A DNA stretch of 64,000 nt, from assembly GCA_965223665.1 (NCBI GenBank), contig OZ245011.1, positions 4,000,001 through 4,064,000 on the forward strand, written 5' to 3'. The notes beneath the pieces are model-generated. The model was not told the DNA's origin. It worked only from the letters and a program-made list of their open reading frames with translations, and did not search any database. This stretch comes from Nitrospinaceae bacterium (lineage in GTDB: Bacteria > Nitrospinota > Nitrospinia > Nitrospinales > Nitrospinaceae). Position numbers and translations under genes: made by a program. Below, one piece after another: positions 17,641 to 27,300 of this stretch; the first letter of the stretch is position 1; every line of letters starts with the position of its first letter.

Positions 17641-19329
17641 ATGTTTGTCTTTGATCCATTGACGCAAGGATTGGAGTTTTTAGCTCAAAGGGATTTGCAG
17701 AGGGCTGAAAACCTGTTTCTTCGTGTAATTAATGATCCTTACGTTCAAACAGAAGAATTAAATCAAGCTCGAAATTATTTAGATGATATTCGTTCATGCC
17801 AGTCTGGTGTGAAAGAGCTTGACTTTGATCAATATAAAAAACTTTCCAAGAAGAATTCGGTTTCTTTAGAGAAGGTTTTCGATCTATTGACGGAGATTTA
17901 TTTTTCTAAATGTGTATCTTTTGCAGAAATTGATCAAGAAATCTCCCGCCTTACACCTTCCGTTTTCAGCAGACTCAAACAAATAAAAATTAGAGATATT
18001 TTAGCTCGTGATGCCCTATTTAAAAAACTAGAGAAAAATGGGCTTCAACATTTAAAAAAGGAATTAGCAGATAAATCAGAAAATTCCACCATAGATATTT
18101 ATAGATGGAAAACTATTTTTAGAAAATTTGTTGAAAAAATAAATCCTCTTTTGCTCGAAAGACACTTGGAATTGCTGGAATATGTTTTAGAAACTAATAA
18201 TATTAAGATTCTAGAAGATTCAAAGTTGACGGTTCTCACTCCGAAATATAGATGGATAATTGAATCGACTATCAACTCCAAATGGTTTTTGTTGAGGAGT
18301 TATTTTTTTAAGGCAAAATCTGAAATCCAAAATCAATTTAATAAAAAAGATGGTACACGAAAGTACTGGGAAGAAGTTAAGTTTAAAAAAATAAAGATTT
18401 TTGAAAATTGTGGATTTAGCGAGAAACACATTCAAAAGTTTCTTTTTACTGACAAGTTAAACTATAAAACGCTAGAAGAAATTTATGAGTTTAGTAAGGA
18501 AATGGGACTTACTTTAGCGCCTAGAGATGTGAGTCTTGCTTTGCGTGGAGTAGAAAAAGCAAAAGATCATATACGAGAACGCGCCGGTTTTCTAATGGGA
18601 AGTCGGAAAGAATTTCAAGATCAATTGATTAGGTTGGGTTTTTCTAAACAAAACTCTTATACTATTGCGCGTCTTGCCAAAAAAGCCACAAGTTTTCAAA
18701 TAGCAGAATCATTTCAAAAATGTTTGGATATAGCTCGAGATGAAATTTACTGGTATCGAATACCCCCACAACTAGAAGCATTACGTATTGAAATCGAAAA
18801 CCAATGTTGCAAACATCTAAGTACTGTTCGGATCCACTTATTTGATAGAGGTCGCCTGAATAAAACTCTATTGCAAATAGGAAAGGAGTTTATACGAAGA
18901 TATCTAATAAAACTGTATGGAGAAAATGTAGTTAATTTGCATTGCTATTTCAGATTGGAAACAATTCATCAGTATTATAAATTAAAGTATTTTCAGCATC
19001 ATCAAGAAAGCTTTCCAAGTGTTTCCGAATTGATCAAAATCAGTAGAGAAGAATTCCAGCCTATTCTTAAAGAAGCTTACCAGCATTTTATAAAAAAACG
19101 TCGATTAACCATTCCTGACGAATTGTTAAATGAAATTGATAATTACCGATCTCTTACGCAATGGGAGGATGGTTTTACCACAATGGAAGAAAAGATGTTA
19201 CTCCGTTTTTGGTTTTTAATGGATCACAATGTTTCAATTACACAGGGTTTGATTCAAAAAGGTGTGCTAAGGCCAGAAACAGATTTGTGGAAATTTGTAA
19301 AGCCTCAAGAAATCGAATGCAATATTTGA
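17641..19329 (+). CDS. Large hypothetical helical protein
   Basis: 562-aa ORF with no recognised motif; 3' end overlaps the convergent ygfZ-like gene. Confidence 0.75.
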   Translation: MFVFDPLTQGLEFLAQRDLQRAENLFLRVINDPYVQTEELNQARNYLDDIRSCQSGVKELDFDQYKKLSKKNSVSLEKVFDLLTEIYFSKCVSFAEIDQEISRLTPSVFSRLKQIKIRDILARDALFKKLEKNGLQHLKKELADKSENSTIDIYRWKTIFRKFVEKINPLLLERHLELLEYVLETNNIKILEDSKLTVLTPKYRWIIESTINSKWFLLRSYFFKAKSEIQNQFNKKDGTRKYWEEVKFKKIKIFENCGFSEKHIQKFLFTDKLNYKTLEEIYEFSKEMGLTLAPRDVSLALRGVEKAKDHIRERAGFLMGSRKEFQDQLIRLGFSKQNSYTIARLAKKATSFQIAESFQKCLDIARDEIYWYRIPPQLEALRIEIENQCCKHLSTVRIHLFDRGRLNKTLLQIGKEFIRRYLIKLYGENVVNLHCYFRLETIHQYYKLKYFQHHQESFPSVSELIKISREEFQPILKEAYQHFIKKRRLTIPDELLNEIDNYRSLTQWEDGFTTMEEKMLLRFWFLMDHNVSITQGLIQKGVLRPETDLWKFVKPQEIECNI

Positions 19330-21032
19330 TTCAGGCGGGTTTGCATGTCTTTTAATGGCATCAGATCCCCTTTTTTTGAAGCAGCGGCAATTCCTTTTTC
19401 ATAAATTTCTTTTGCTTCTGCATTTCTTTCCAGTTTCTCTAAAGTTTTCCCGAGAGTTAAATAGGCGGCAGAATAATCCGGGAAATGTTCTACCACTCTT
19501 TGTAAAGGAGAAAGGGCTTCATTGAATTTTTTTTGTTCAAAAAATATGGATCCTAAGCCAAAATTTGCCACTTGATCATTTGGGTCGATTTCTAATACCT
19601 GTTGGAACATCCCAATTTGGCGAATTCTTTCTTCTTCTTCCTGCTTGCTACGCTCTCTTTGAGCTTTTTCAATTTGACTTTGCTCAACCATTTTTTCAAA
19701 TTGAATAGCCGTTGCTTCGGCTTTCTCAGTTTCTGCCTCTTCTATTCTTCCTTGCTGCATGTAGTAAATGGAGAGGTTGGTGTGGGCCATTATTTCCTGT
19801 GGATCGATTTCCGCAAGTCTTTTCATTAACGCAATAGCTTCGTCCAATTTGTTTTGCTTGGAGAGCATTACCCCTAGAGCTTCATAGCCTGGAGCATATT
19901 TAGGATCCAACATGATAGCATCACGTAGAAGGGCTATAGGTTTTTCCAGATCTTCCTCCTCTTTATATAAAGTTAATGCTTCTTTATGAAGGATTTTCGC
20001 TCTGTCAGTTCTAGAAGTAGGTTGATAAAAGGGAAGGAGAGCTGTTTTGATCTGATGCTTTTCACCATTGACAGTAACTTTGTATTCTTGGTTAGGACTT
20101 CTAAAATCTTTTTGTACATAGGCTAAACTTATAATTTTATTTAAGTCGGGAGAAAAACAGGAACTTTGAACTGTACCGAGTTTTTTGTTGAACATTTTTA
20201 TTTCTGAACCCATGGAAGGGTAAAAATCCGATTCCCAAATCAATCCCATTAAAGCAAAGGCAGGGGATCCATAAGTTTTGATCCGTGCGATGACTTCTTG
20301 TCCTATATAGCATCCTTTATGGTAGCTTACGGAATTATGTTCCAGCCCTGTTTCAGGAAGGATTTTGGTATTATCCATATCTTTTCCGAAAACGGGTAAG
20401 CCGGCTTCAATTCTTAATATTTCTTGGGTTTCTAAATTGACGGGTAAAATTCCCTGTTCTTTACCAACTTCTTGGATCTTCTCAATTAATGAACTTTTTA
20501 TTTGCTCAGGAAATATAAGAATATAACCTTCATCTCCAGTTAAACTCTTACAAATGATATAAACCTCTTGAGAGCAAATAGTTTCTATTTTGAATTCATT
20601 AGGTTTTAGAAGAGAGGATTGGGCGCCTCCGGTCAACTTTTCAATTATTACAGGGCTGTTAGGTCCTTGAATGGCTATTAATGAATTATGTTGGGATTGA
20701 GTAAGAAATTCGATTTCTTCCCGAAAATGATAATTTTCAAGGGATTGAATAAACGTTTCTGTTTGTGATTTTTCGAGGAGAATCAATGCTGAGGTATCTG
20801 ATTCTTTATAGATCGAAAAATTGCATAATAGTTTTGCCTTGCGATCTACGATAGCGTTGTTTTGTCCATTGCCGATATTTAGTTTTAAGACATCATTGGT
20901 GGTTTGGCTTTGTAGAAAAGAAAAAGTATCTTTTCCTCTTGCTTTTACCAAACCCCAGTGGTCAAGGAGAAAATATCCACAGCTTTGCCGGACTTGCTTG
21001 TATTCTAAAAAATCTTCAGAAATGTTTTCCAT
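19305..21032 (-). CDS. ygfZ: YgfZ/GcvT-family folate-binding Fe-S maturation protein fused to C-terminal TPRs
   Basis: GKDTFSFLQSQTTND, RIEAGLP, KGCYIGQEVIAR signature; last ~230 aa are TPRs. Confidence 0.85.
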   Translation of the reverse strand: MENISEDFLEYKQVRQSCGYFLLDHWGLVKARGKDTFSFLQSQTTNDVLKLNIGNGQNNAIVDRKAKLLCNFSIYKESDTSALILLEKSQTETFIQSLENYHFREEIEFLTQSQHNSLIAIQGPNSPVIIEKLTGGAQSSLLKPNEFKIETICSQEVYIICKSLTGDEGYILIFPEQIKSSLIEKIQEVGKEQGILPVNLETQEILRIEAGLPVFGKDMDNTKILPETGLEHNSVSYHKGCYIGQEVIARIKTYGSPAFALMGLIWESDFYPSMGSEIKMFNKKLGTVQSSCFSPDLNKIISLAYVQKDFRSPNQEYKVTVNGEKHQIKTALLPFYQPTSRTDRAKILHKEALTLYKEEEDLEKPIALLRDAIMLDPKYAPGYEALGVMLSKQNKLDEAIALMKRLAEIDPQEIMAHTNLSIYYMQQGRIEEAETEKAEATAIQFEKMVEQSQIEKAQRERSKQEEEERIRQIGMFQQVLEIDPNDQVANFGLGSIFFEQKKFNEALSPLQRVVEHFPDYSAAYLTLGKTLEKLERNAEAKEIYEKGIAAASKKGDLMPLKDMQTRLNQILHSIS

Positions 21033-21109
21033 ATTTATAGACTTAGGAGAGGTCGTTAATTAGGTGGCTAATATTAAAATAATAACCGGTTAATTTCTTC
21101 CAAAACCGA

Positions 21110-21140
21110 AAAAAGCGCAACGGAATTAACCGGTGCGCTT
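21110..21140 (-). terminator. Intrinsic terminator after iscA
   Basis: AAGCGCA..TGCGCTT stem followed by a T-run on the minus strand. Confidence 0.55.
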
Positions 21141-21169
21141 ACCTTTAAGATATAAATATTTTTAATTTT

Positions 21170-21511
21170 TTACGTTAAGGAAAAAGACTCACCACATCCA
21201 CAGGTAGATTTTGCATTTGGATTGACAAAAACAAATCCCTTACCTTGCAAACCACCTTGATAATCCAGTTGCATTCCTTTTAAATAGATTAAGCTTTTAG
21301 GGTCCATAAACACTTGGAATCCCTCTTGCTCGACTACGGTGTCACCTTCTTCTTTTGTGGTGAATCCCAAATCATAAGATAATCCCGAACATCCACCACC
21401 TTTTACCCCTAAACGCAAACCAATTCCAGGTTTATTCTCCGCGGCAACTAACTTTTTAACTTCCTCTGCAGCAACCGGAGTTATGCTGACAAAATTAGCG
21501 GTTTTTTCCAT
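21170..21511 (-). CDS. iscA: A-type Fe-S cluster carrier (IscA/SufA/HesB)
   Basis: GGGCSG and NPNAKSTCGCGESF. ATG follows CAGGAG. Confidence 0.93.
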   Translation of the reverse strand: MEKTANFVSITPVAAEEVKKLVAAENKPGIGLRLGVKGGGCSGLSYDLGFTTKEEGDTVVEQEGFQVFMDPKSLIYLKGMQLDYQGGLQGKGFVFVNPNAKSTCGCGESFSLT

Positions 21512-21796
21512 ATTTTTATTTCTCCTGAGAAAAACTAAGGATTCAGTCAATTTAGACTCAAATTGTAACAATCCGTTTCATAATTATACTAGATTTTTTA
21601 GGAAACGGTCAAACCAGGTGATACCAAATTCTTTGGGCATAAAATCTTAAGCTTTTGAAAATTAAAGGGTTAAAAAACGGTTGCCCCATAATTGATTATG
21701 TTATAGTCTTCCTTCTCAAAAAAATAAAACTTTTTTATTGGGTTTGAATCCAATAACTTATTGGTTCGTAAGATTTTGAATTGAAGGGAAAAATTA

Positions 21797-22027
21797 ATGA
21801 TCCGTATTCCAGACCTAATTCAGTTGATAAAAGACAAAATTGCTGATGCCGAAGTTAATGTAATGGATAAAACAGGAATGAGCGACCATTTTGTAATTCA
21901 TGTTGTTTCTAAAGAATTTGATGGTAAAAATATTATGGAGCGTCACCGAATGGTCCAATCTTGCTTAACGGATGCAATGAATGATGGTAGAGTGCATGCC
22001 GCTGAAATCAAAACGGATGTTCCTTGA
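21797..22027 (+). CDS. bolA: BolA/IbaG family protein
   Basis: DHF.IHVVSKEFDGK...RHRMV..L, VHA.EIKT. Confidence 0.9.
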   Translation: MIRIPDLIQLIKDKIADAEVNVMDKTGMSDHFVIHVVSKEFDGKNIMERHRMVQSCLTDAMNDGRVHAAEIKTDVP

Positions 22028-22090
22028 TTTTCTTTCAAACTATATAAAATAATACAATACTATTAACCTTTTGGGATTTAGGAGAGTTTC

Positions 22091-22414
22091 ATGTCCTCGC
22101 TCGAAGATGAAATTAAAAGTGAAATTGCTGAAAATAAAATATTAATTTATGGAAAAGGCACGAAGGAAGCCCCTCAATGCGGATTCACAGTGGAAACAAT
22201 TCAGTTTTTTTCCAAATATGGATATCCTTTTGAGGTGATTAATGTACTTCCAAATATGGAAAAACGTGAAGCATTAAACAAAATGACCAATTGGCCTACT
22301 TTGCCCAAGGTTTTTATCGATGGTAAGTTTTACGGCGATACAGATATTTTAGATGAGATGGAAACCAAAGGGGAAGTGGAACCTTTATTAAAAACGGCAT
22401 TTGGTGATTCCTAG
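22091..22414 (+). CDS. grxD: Monothiol glutaredoxin (Grx4-like, CGFT)
   Basis: KGTKEAPQCGFT, WPTLPKVFIDGKFYG. Confidence 0.88.
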   Translation: MSSLEDEIKSEIAENKILIYGKGTKEAPQCGFTVETIQFFSKYGYPFEVINVLPNMEKREALNKMTNWPTLPKVFIDGKFYGDTDILDEMETKGEVEPLLKTAFGDS

Positions 22415-22450
22415 TCGTGACTATTAACTGAATTACTCGGGGGGAGTAAA

Positions 22451-22975
22451 ATGGGGCAAAAATTAGAAGTGGGTGATCGCGCCCCAAATTTTGAATTACC
22501 AGCTGTCTATGGTTATAAGGCGGGTGCAACAAGCCCTTCCGCAGAGGAAGGGGTCACCGTTAAATTAAAGGAATTTGAAGACAAAAAATGGGTGATCCTT
22601 GCATTTTATGTTTTCGATGCCAGCCCTGAGGATACCCGTGCCATGGTATGTTTCAATGAATGGAACCGAAAGTTCAGGACCAAAGAAGTCGAACTTTTTG
22701 GAATAAGTTGGAATGGGGTTCAATCCCATCGGCAGTTTATTGAGATCTATCAACTGGGTTTTACCCTGCTTGCGGATGAACATAAAAAAGTGACCGATCT
22801 ATATGGGGTTACTGAAGAAGTGGATGACTTGGGACAAATGGTAAAACGTATTCATAGGTCGACTTTTGCGATTGATAAGACAGGTATGATCCGAGGTATT
22901 TGGAATAACATTGAGGATCTTCGAGAACACCCAAAAGAAGTTTGGGAATTCATCCAAAAAGAAAAAGGAGTGTAA
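22451..22975 (+). CDS. BCP/PrxQ-like peroxiredoxin-fold protein lacking the canonical peroxidatic Cys
   Basis: GDRAPNFEL, FYVFDASPEDT (canonical FYPxxxTPGCT), RSTF.IDKTG.IR. Confidence 0.8.
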   Translation: MGQKLEVGDRAPNFELPAVYGYKAGATSPSAEEGVTVKLKEFEDKKWVILAFYVFDASPEDTRAMVCFNEWNRKFRTKEVELFGISWNGVQSHRQFIEIYQLGFTLLADEHKKVTDLYGVTEEVDDLGQMVKRIHRSTFAIDKTGMIRGIWNNIEDLREHPKEVWEFIQKEKGV

Positions 22976-23207
22976 TTCCCTATTACAGGTTACTAATTTC
23001 CTTCCTGAATTGTATTTTTCAATTCACTTATACTTTCTAATCCAATTCAATAATTATTCTTCTTATTGAACTCACTGTTTTTAAAATCCCAATTTTCAGT
23101 TGACAAATCTTTCGAAGAAGCAATATTGTGTATTACTTATTCGAAAATAAAATAATAATTCCAGGAAATTCTTGTCAATCCTTGATCCTTGATTAGAGGG
23201 GCAGATA

Positions 23208-25691
23208 ATGGCTAAAAAAAATGAGGTTTATACCTACCGAAGTGGAAAGAAACTAAAGCTAAAAAAGAGAGTGGATCAATTTGTGGTTCGCCTTTTACCC
23301 GGAGAATTAGTTAATAGTAAATTGTCTGATGCAGAGCAAATGTCCTCTGCCTCCTCGCGCGTAACTTGCTCAAAAAAAGAGTTGGAAACCCTCATGAAGT
23401 CCTCGAGAAAAATGGCGCCCACTCACCATGCTTATGAAGATCCTGAAACTGGGGAAGAATTTTTAATCACAGATAGGGTAATAGTAACTTTTAAAAAACC
23501 GATGTCGGATGAAGAAATAGGAATTTTTGCGGGAAAGTATGCACTAGAAATAGGACGAAAATATTCTGATACTCAGTACCTTTTTCGTTTGACTGATGAA
23601 ACAGGTATGAACCCGCTTAAATTAGTGGTTCTTTTGACAGAGAAAGATAAAAGTATTGAATTAGCAGAAAATGATTTGAATATTAGGGCGTCTCGGTATT
23701 TTAATTTGCCAACAGACTCAGCTTATTTACGCCAATGGCATCTTCATACGCATAGCCAAAGCTCTGAGTTTGATTCTAGATCCTCATCACGGGTAGAGCA
23801 GGCTTGGCAATTTTTGCAAAGTTTTGGAGACAAAGAAACTGTAGTGGCATTTGCCGATGATGGTTGTCGAATGGACCACGAAGACTTTGACTCTGAGGGC
23901 AAATTTGCCGGTTGGGGTTATTTTCAAGGAATTAACTTAATACGGCATGGTGAGGCGGGAGCTTTGTTAGATCGCATGTATGAGTTTGGCCAGGATCATG
24001 GAACGGCTTGTGGAGGAGTCATTGGGGCTGAAGTCGATGGTATGATGACCGTAGGTGCAGCCCCTCATTGCAAGCTTCTTCCAATTAAATGGGAATCAGA
24101 TTCCCATTTTTTGTTCATAAGTGATAGTAAGCTTTTGGAAGCATTAGATTATATTTCAGATAAAGCAGATATCTTTTCAAATTCTTGGGGTTTTGCTCCC
24201 ACTAAAATATATTCATCTCTTGTAATAAATAAAATTAAAGAACTCTCTCAATCCGGTGGACGTCGAGGTAAAGGAATTATTTTTTTATGGGCCGCAGGAA
24301 ATGAGAATTCTCCCATTGATTATTTTGCTGGTCAAGATATTCCCTACACCTCGGGCTGGAAAAATGGGAGTTGGATTGGAGTTAAAACTTCCCGTCGTTT
24401 TGAAAACAATTTATCCGATTTGCCTGGTGTTTTATTTGTGGCTTCAATTTCCAGTAATGCAAAAAGAAGTCACTATTCTAATTATGGAAAAGGGATTGAT
24501 CTATGCGCTCCTTCAAATAACATTCATAAATATCATAGGATTCCGGTAGAAGGATTGGGGATTACTACAACATCAGGTCGTTTTGCTAATGTTAGGGATA
24601 ACTTTGGAGGTACATCGAGCGCGACTCCGTTAGTGGCGGGGATAGCGGCTCTGGTAATCTCCGCTAATCCTCAATTATCCGCTTCAGAAGTAATTTCTAT
24701 TCTGAAAAAAACGGCTTCCAAGGATTTGAATATGGAAGGATATCCTATTACTCCCTCAGCAAGTTATGATCCTAATCCAAAAAAATGGGATGTATCACCA
24801 GTAGCCCCATTTGATAATGGAGATTTTTTAGAAAAAGGATTTGAGGAGGGGACGTGGAGTCCTTGGTTCGGACATGGAAAGGTCGATGCATTTGCTGCTG
24901 TCAAAGAATCAAAAAAGAGATCAGGTGAAACGGGTCAAAAAGTAAAAGTTGAGCAAATAGCAAATTTGGAAATACCGGATAATGATCCTGGTGGAATTGT
25001 GGGCCGAATATTTATCAATGATCAAGGAAAAATCAGTGATCTAAAAGTATTGGTTGAAATATCCCATACTTATATAGGAGATTTAATTATTACCCTTTTA
25101 AGTCCAAATGGCCATCGGGTTGTGTTGCATAATAGGGATGGTGGATCGGCTCATGATTTATTTAAAAACTTTTCAGATGCGAATATTCCGCTATTATCAG
25201 AGATTAAGGGAGAAGAAATCCGAGGTCCATGGACTTTAGAGGTATCAGATAACGCAGCGGTAGATAGAGGGGTACTGAAACGCTGGGGTTTGGAAGCAGA
25301 GATTATTTCCGAAGTGAGTCCCATCCGTATGGAGTCTTCACCGGGAATAAAGATTCCGGATAATGATCCTTCTGGCATTGAAGATACTATTACCGTTCCT
25401 GATTCTCGACTAGTTTCGGATATAAGTGTTGAAGTTGATATCACCCATACCTGGATTGGAGATTTAAAAATTTCTCTACTTCATTTTAATGGGGACACAA
25501 GCGAGGTAATTTTGCATGGCCGAGAAGGTCGTGATGCCCACGATATTCAAGCAACCTACAAAATCTCGGATGAACCTGAACTCCAAAAATTTATCGGGCG
25601 TGGCGCGAATGGGGATTGGAAATTAAAAGTGAGTGATAATGCAGGGCAAGACATTGGAAAGTTAAATCGATGGGCCTTAAACATTAAATAA
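23208..25691 (+). CDS. Subtilisin/kexin-like S8 serine protease with two proprotein-convertase P domains
   Basis: Catalytic triad ADDG, HGTACGG, GGTSSATP; oxyanion AAGN; two IPDN..HT(Y/W)IGDL..W.L P domains. Confidence 0.93.
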   Translation: MAKKNEVYTYRSGKKLKLKKRVDQFVVRLLPGELVNSKLSDAEQMSSASSRVTCSKKELETLMKSSRKMAPTHHAYEDPETGEEFLITDRVIVTFKKPMSDEEIGIFAGKYALEIGRKYSDTQYLFRLTDETGMNPLKLVVLLTEKDKSIELAENDLNIRASRYFNLPTDSAYLRQWHLHTHSQSSEFDSRSSSRVEQAWQFLQSFGDKETVVAFADDGCRMDHEDFDSEGKFAGWGYFQGINLIRHGEAGALLDRMYEFGQDHGTACGGVIGAEVDGMMTVGAAPHCKLLPIKWESDSHFLFISDSKLLEALDYISDKADIFSNSWGFAPTKIYSSLVINKIKELSQSGGRRGKGIIFLWAAGNENSPIDYFAGQDIPYTSGWKNGSWIGVKTSRRFENNLSDLPGVLFVASISSNAKRSHYSNYGKGIDLCAPSNNIHKYHRIPVEGLGITTTSGRFANVRDNFGGTSSATPLVAGIAALVISANPQLSASEVISILKKTASKDLNMEGYPITPSASYDPNPKKWDVSPVAPFDNGDFLEKGFEEGTWSPWFGHGKVDAFAAVKESKKRSGETGQKVKVEQIANLEIPDNDPGGIVGRIFINDQGKISDLKVLVEISHTYIGDLIITLLSPNGHRVVLHNRDGGSAHDLFKNFSDANIPLLSEIKGEEIRGPWTLEVSDNAAVDRGVLKRWGLEAEIISEVSPIRMESSPGIKIPDNDPSGIEDTITVPDSRLVSDISVEVDITHTWIGDLKISLLHFNGDTSEVILHGREGRDAHDIQATYKISDEPELQKFIGRGANGDWKLKVSDNAGQDIGKLNRWALNIK

Positions 25692-25701
25692 GAAAATTAG
25701 G

Positions 25702-26445
25702 CTAATCTGCTTCACTGCTAATAGGTTCAAATTTCCATTTAGTATAGTTATTGCAGATTGTTTGTCTAAGAGATGTTAAAATTTCTTCTTCTTTTCTGGA
25801 GGAAATTTCTTCCACTTCAATGGGGGGAGAAACAATAATACGAATTGGCCCCGGGTAAAACTTCGCGCTTCCTTTTTTAATAAGGTTGCCGGTTCCAATA
25901 ACTGTCACTGGAATCATTGGAGCTTTGGCCCGGGTAGCCAGTAGATGCCCTCCTTTTTTAAACGGACCAATCAATCCGTTTTCAGACCTGGTTCCTTCTG
26001 GAAAAATAACAATCGAATTTCCTTGTTTAAGTTTTTCAATCGAGGATAGAAAAGCTTCATAAGCTTGTTTTTTATTTTCCCTGTTTACAGGTACATAACC
26101 ACAAGCAGACATAGACCAGCCTACAAAAGGTATTTTAAATAAACTTTTTTTAGCAAACCAGCGAATCTGAACTGGAAGGTAACCTGAAAGACTAAAGATA
26201 TCAAAATAACCCTGGTGGTTTGCGACGAAAACCTGAGCTCGATTTTGTTGAACATTTTCCATTCCATGGATATCAACATTTATACCATTCCAATTGCAAA
26301 TGAGTCTTCCCCATAACCTTGCAATGTTATGAGAAGTGTTCCCCGAAGGATCAATGATGCGAGCTAATATCGAAAATGTTCCAAGAATAATTGAAAGCAA
26401 AGTGATGATTAACCAAAATCTAAGAGTATGGTAAAGTGACAGCAT
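25702..26445 (-). CDS. plsC: 1-acyl-sn-glycerol-3-phosphate acyltransferase
   Basis: NHQGYFD and FPEGTRS motifs. Confidence 0.9.
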   Translation of the reverse strand: MLSLYHTLRFWLIITLLSIILGTFSILARIIDPSGNTSHNIARLWGRLICNWNGINVDIHGMENVQQNRAQVFVANHQGYFDIFSLSGYLPVQIRWFAKKSLFKIPFVGWSMSACGYVPVNRENKKQAYEAFLSSIEKLKQGNSIVIFPEGTRSENGLIGPFKKGGHLLATRAKAPMIPVTVIGTGNLIKKGSAKFYPGPIRIIVSPPIEVEEISSRKEEEILTSLRQTICNNYTKWKFEPISSEAD

Positions 26446-26472
26446 GGAATTTATGTGGAAGAATAAATTATT

Positions 26473-27276
26473 ATGTTGAATGAAATATCAAAATGCTTCT
26501 TTGGATTAGGAATCATAGGATTTATTCTAACAATTTATTTCAAGGATGCTTGTGCGTGGGGCTCTGCAGGACATCGGATTGTTGCAAATATTGCGGAGTT
26601 AAACCTTGAACCAAAAGTAATTTCCAAAATACGCCGTGAGTTTAACATAAAACATCTCTCAAATGTGGCGGTTTGGGCGGATGATAAGAAAATAAAACGA
26701 GCACGTCCAATCGTTTTACATTATACCAATATTGCGGAATCTCAACGGATTTATAATCAACCAAGAGATTGTCCCGAAAAAAACTGTGTTACAGAAAAGA
26801 TAAAAGATTTTATATCTGTTTTAGAAAATAAAACATTCCCTTGGATAAAACGGTTTAAGGCTTTAAAATTTTTAGTGCATTTGGTGGCGGATGTTCACCA
26901 ACCGATGCATTTAGGGAATGCTGAGGACCGAGGTGGGAATGAGATAAAATTAAATATGGGTGAAGAATCTATAAATCTTCATGCGCTCTGGGATCATTTC
27001 CTATTGCCGACTCATAATAATAAATTGAGGGATTTGGCTAGAAAATTAAACAATGAAATTGGCCAAAACCAAAAAGAAGATTGGAGTCAGAGCACTGTTG
27101 TAGACTGGACTAATGAATCGCGAGAGTTGGTACTTGATTTTGCTTACCAAGTAAAATTTAATTCTCAAAGAACTTTAAGTGATGAATATATTAAACAAGG
27201 GCGGAAAATTGTGAAACACCAGTTAAGTAAAGCAGGAATTAGACTCTCACATACTTTGAATCAGATAATTAAGTGA
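26473..27276 (+). CDS. S1/P1 nuclease, exported
   Basis: Signal peptide, then WG..GH, WADD, HLVADVHQPMH, NLHALWD. Confidence 0.93.
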   Translation: MLNEISKCFFGLGIIGFILTIYFKDACAWGSAGHRIVANIAELNLEPKVISKIRREFNIKHLSNVAVWADDKKIKRARPIVLHYTNIAESQRIYNQPRDCPEKNCVTEKIKDFISVLENKTFPWIKRFKALKFLVHLVADVHQPMHLGNAEDRGGNEIKLNMGEESINLHALWDHFLLPTHNNKLRDLARKLNNEIGQNQKEDWSQSTVVDWTNESRELVLDFAYQVKFNSQRTLSDEYIKQGRKIVKHQLSKAGIRLSHTLNQIIK

Positions 27277-27300
27277 CTTAAATTTATAGGGAGGTTTATT

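Noticed and set aside
21540-21565. IscR/Rrf2 operator upstream of iscA (AGTC-N6-GACT)
   Set aside because: Only 4-bp arms, and the orientation does not match the IscR consensus, so it is too weak to call.
22600-22660. Possible selenocysteine in the Prx-like active site
   Set aside because: The in-frame codon is GAT (Asp). The TGA in 'cctgag' is out of frame.
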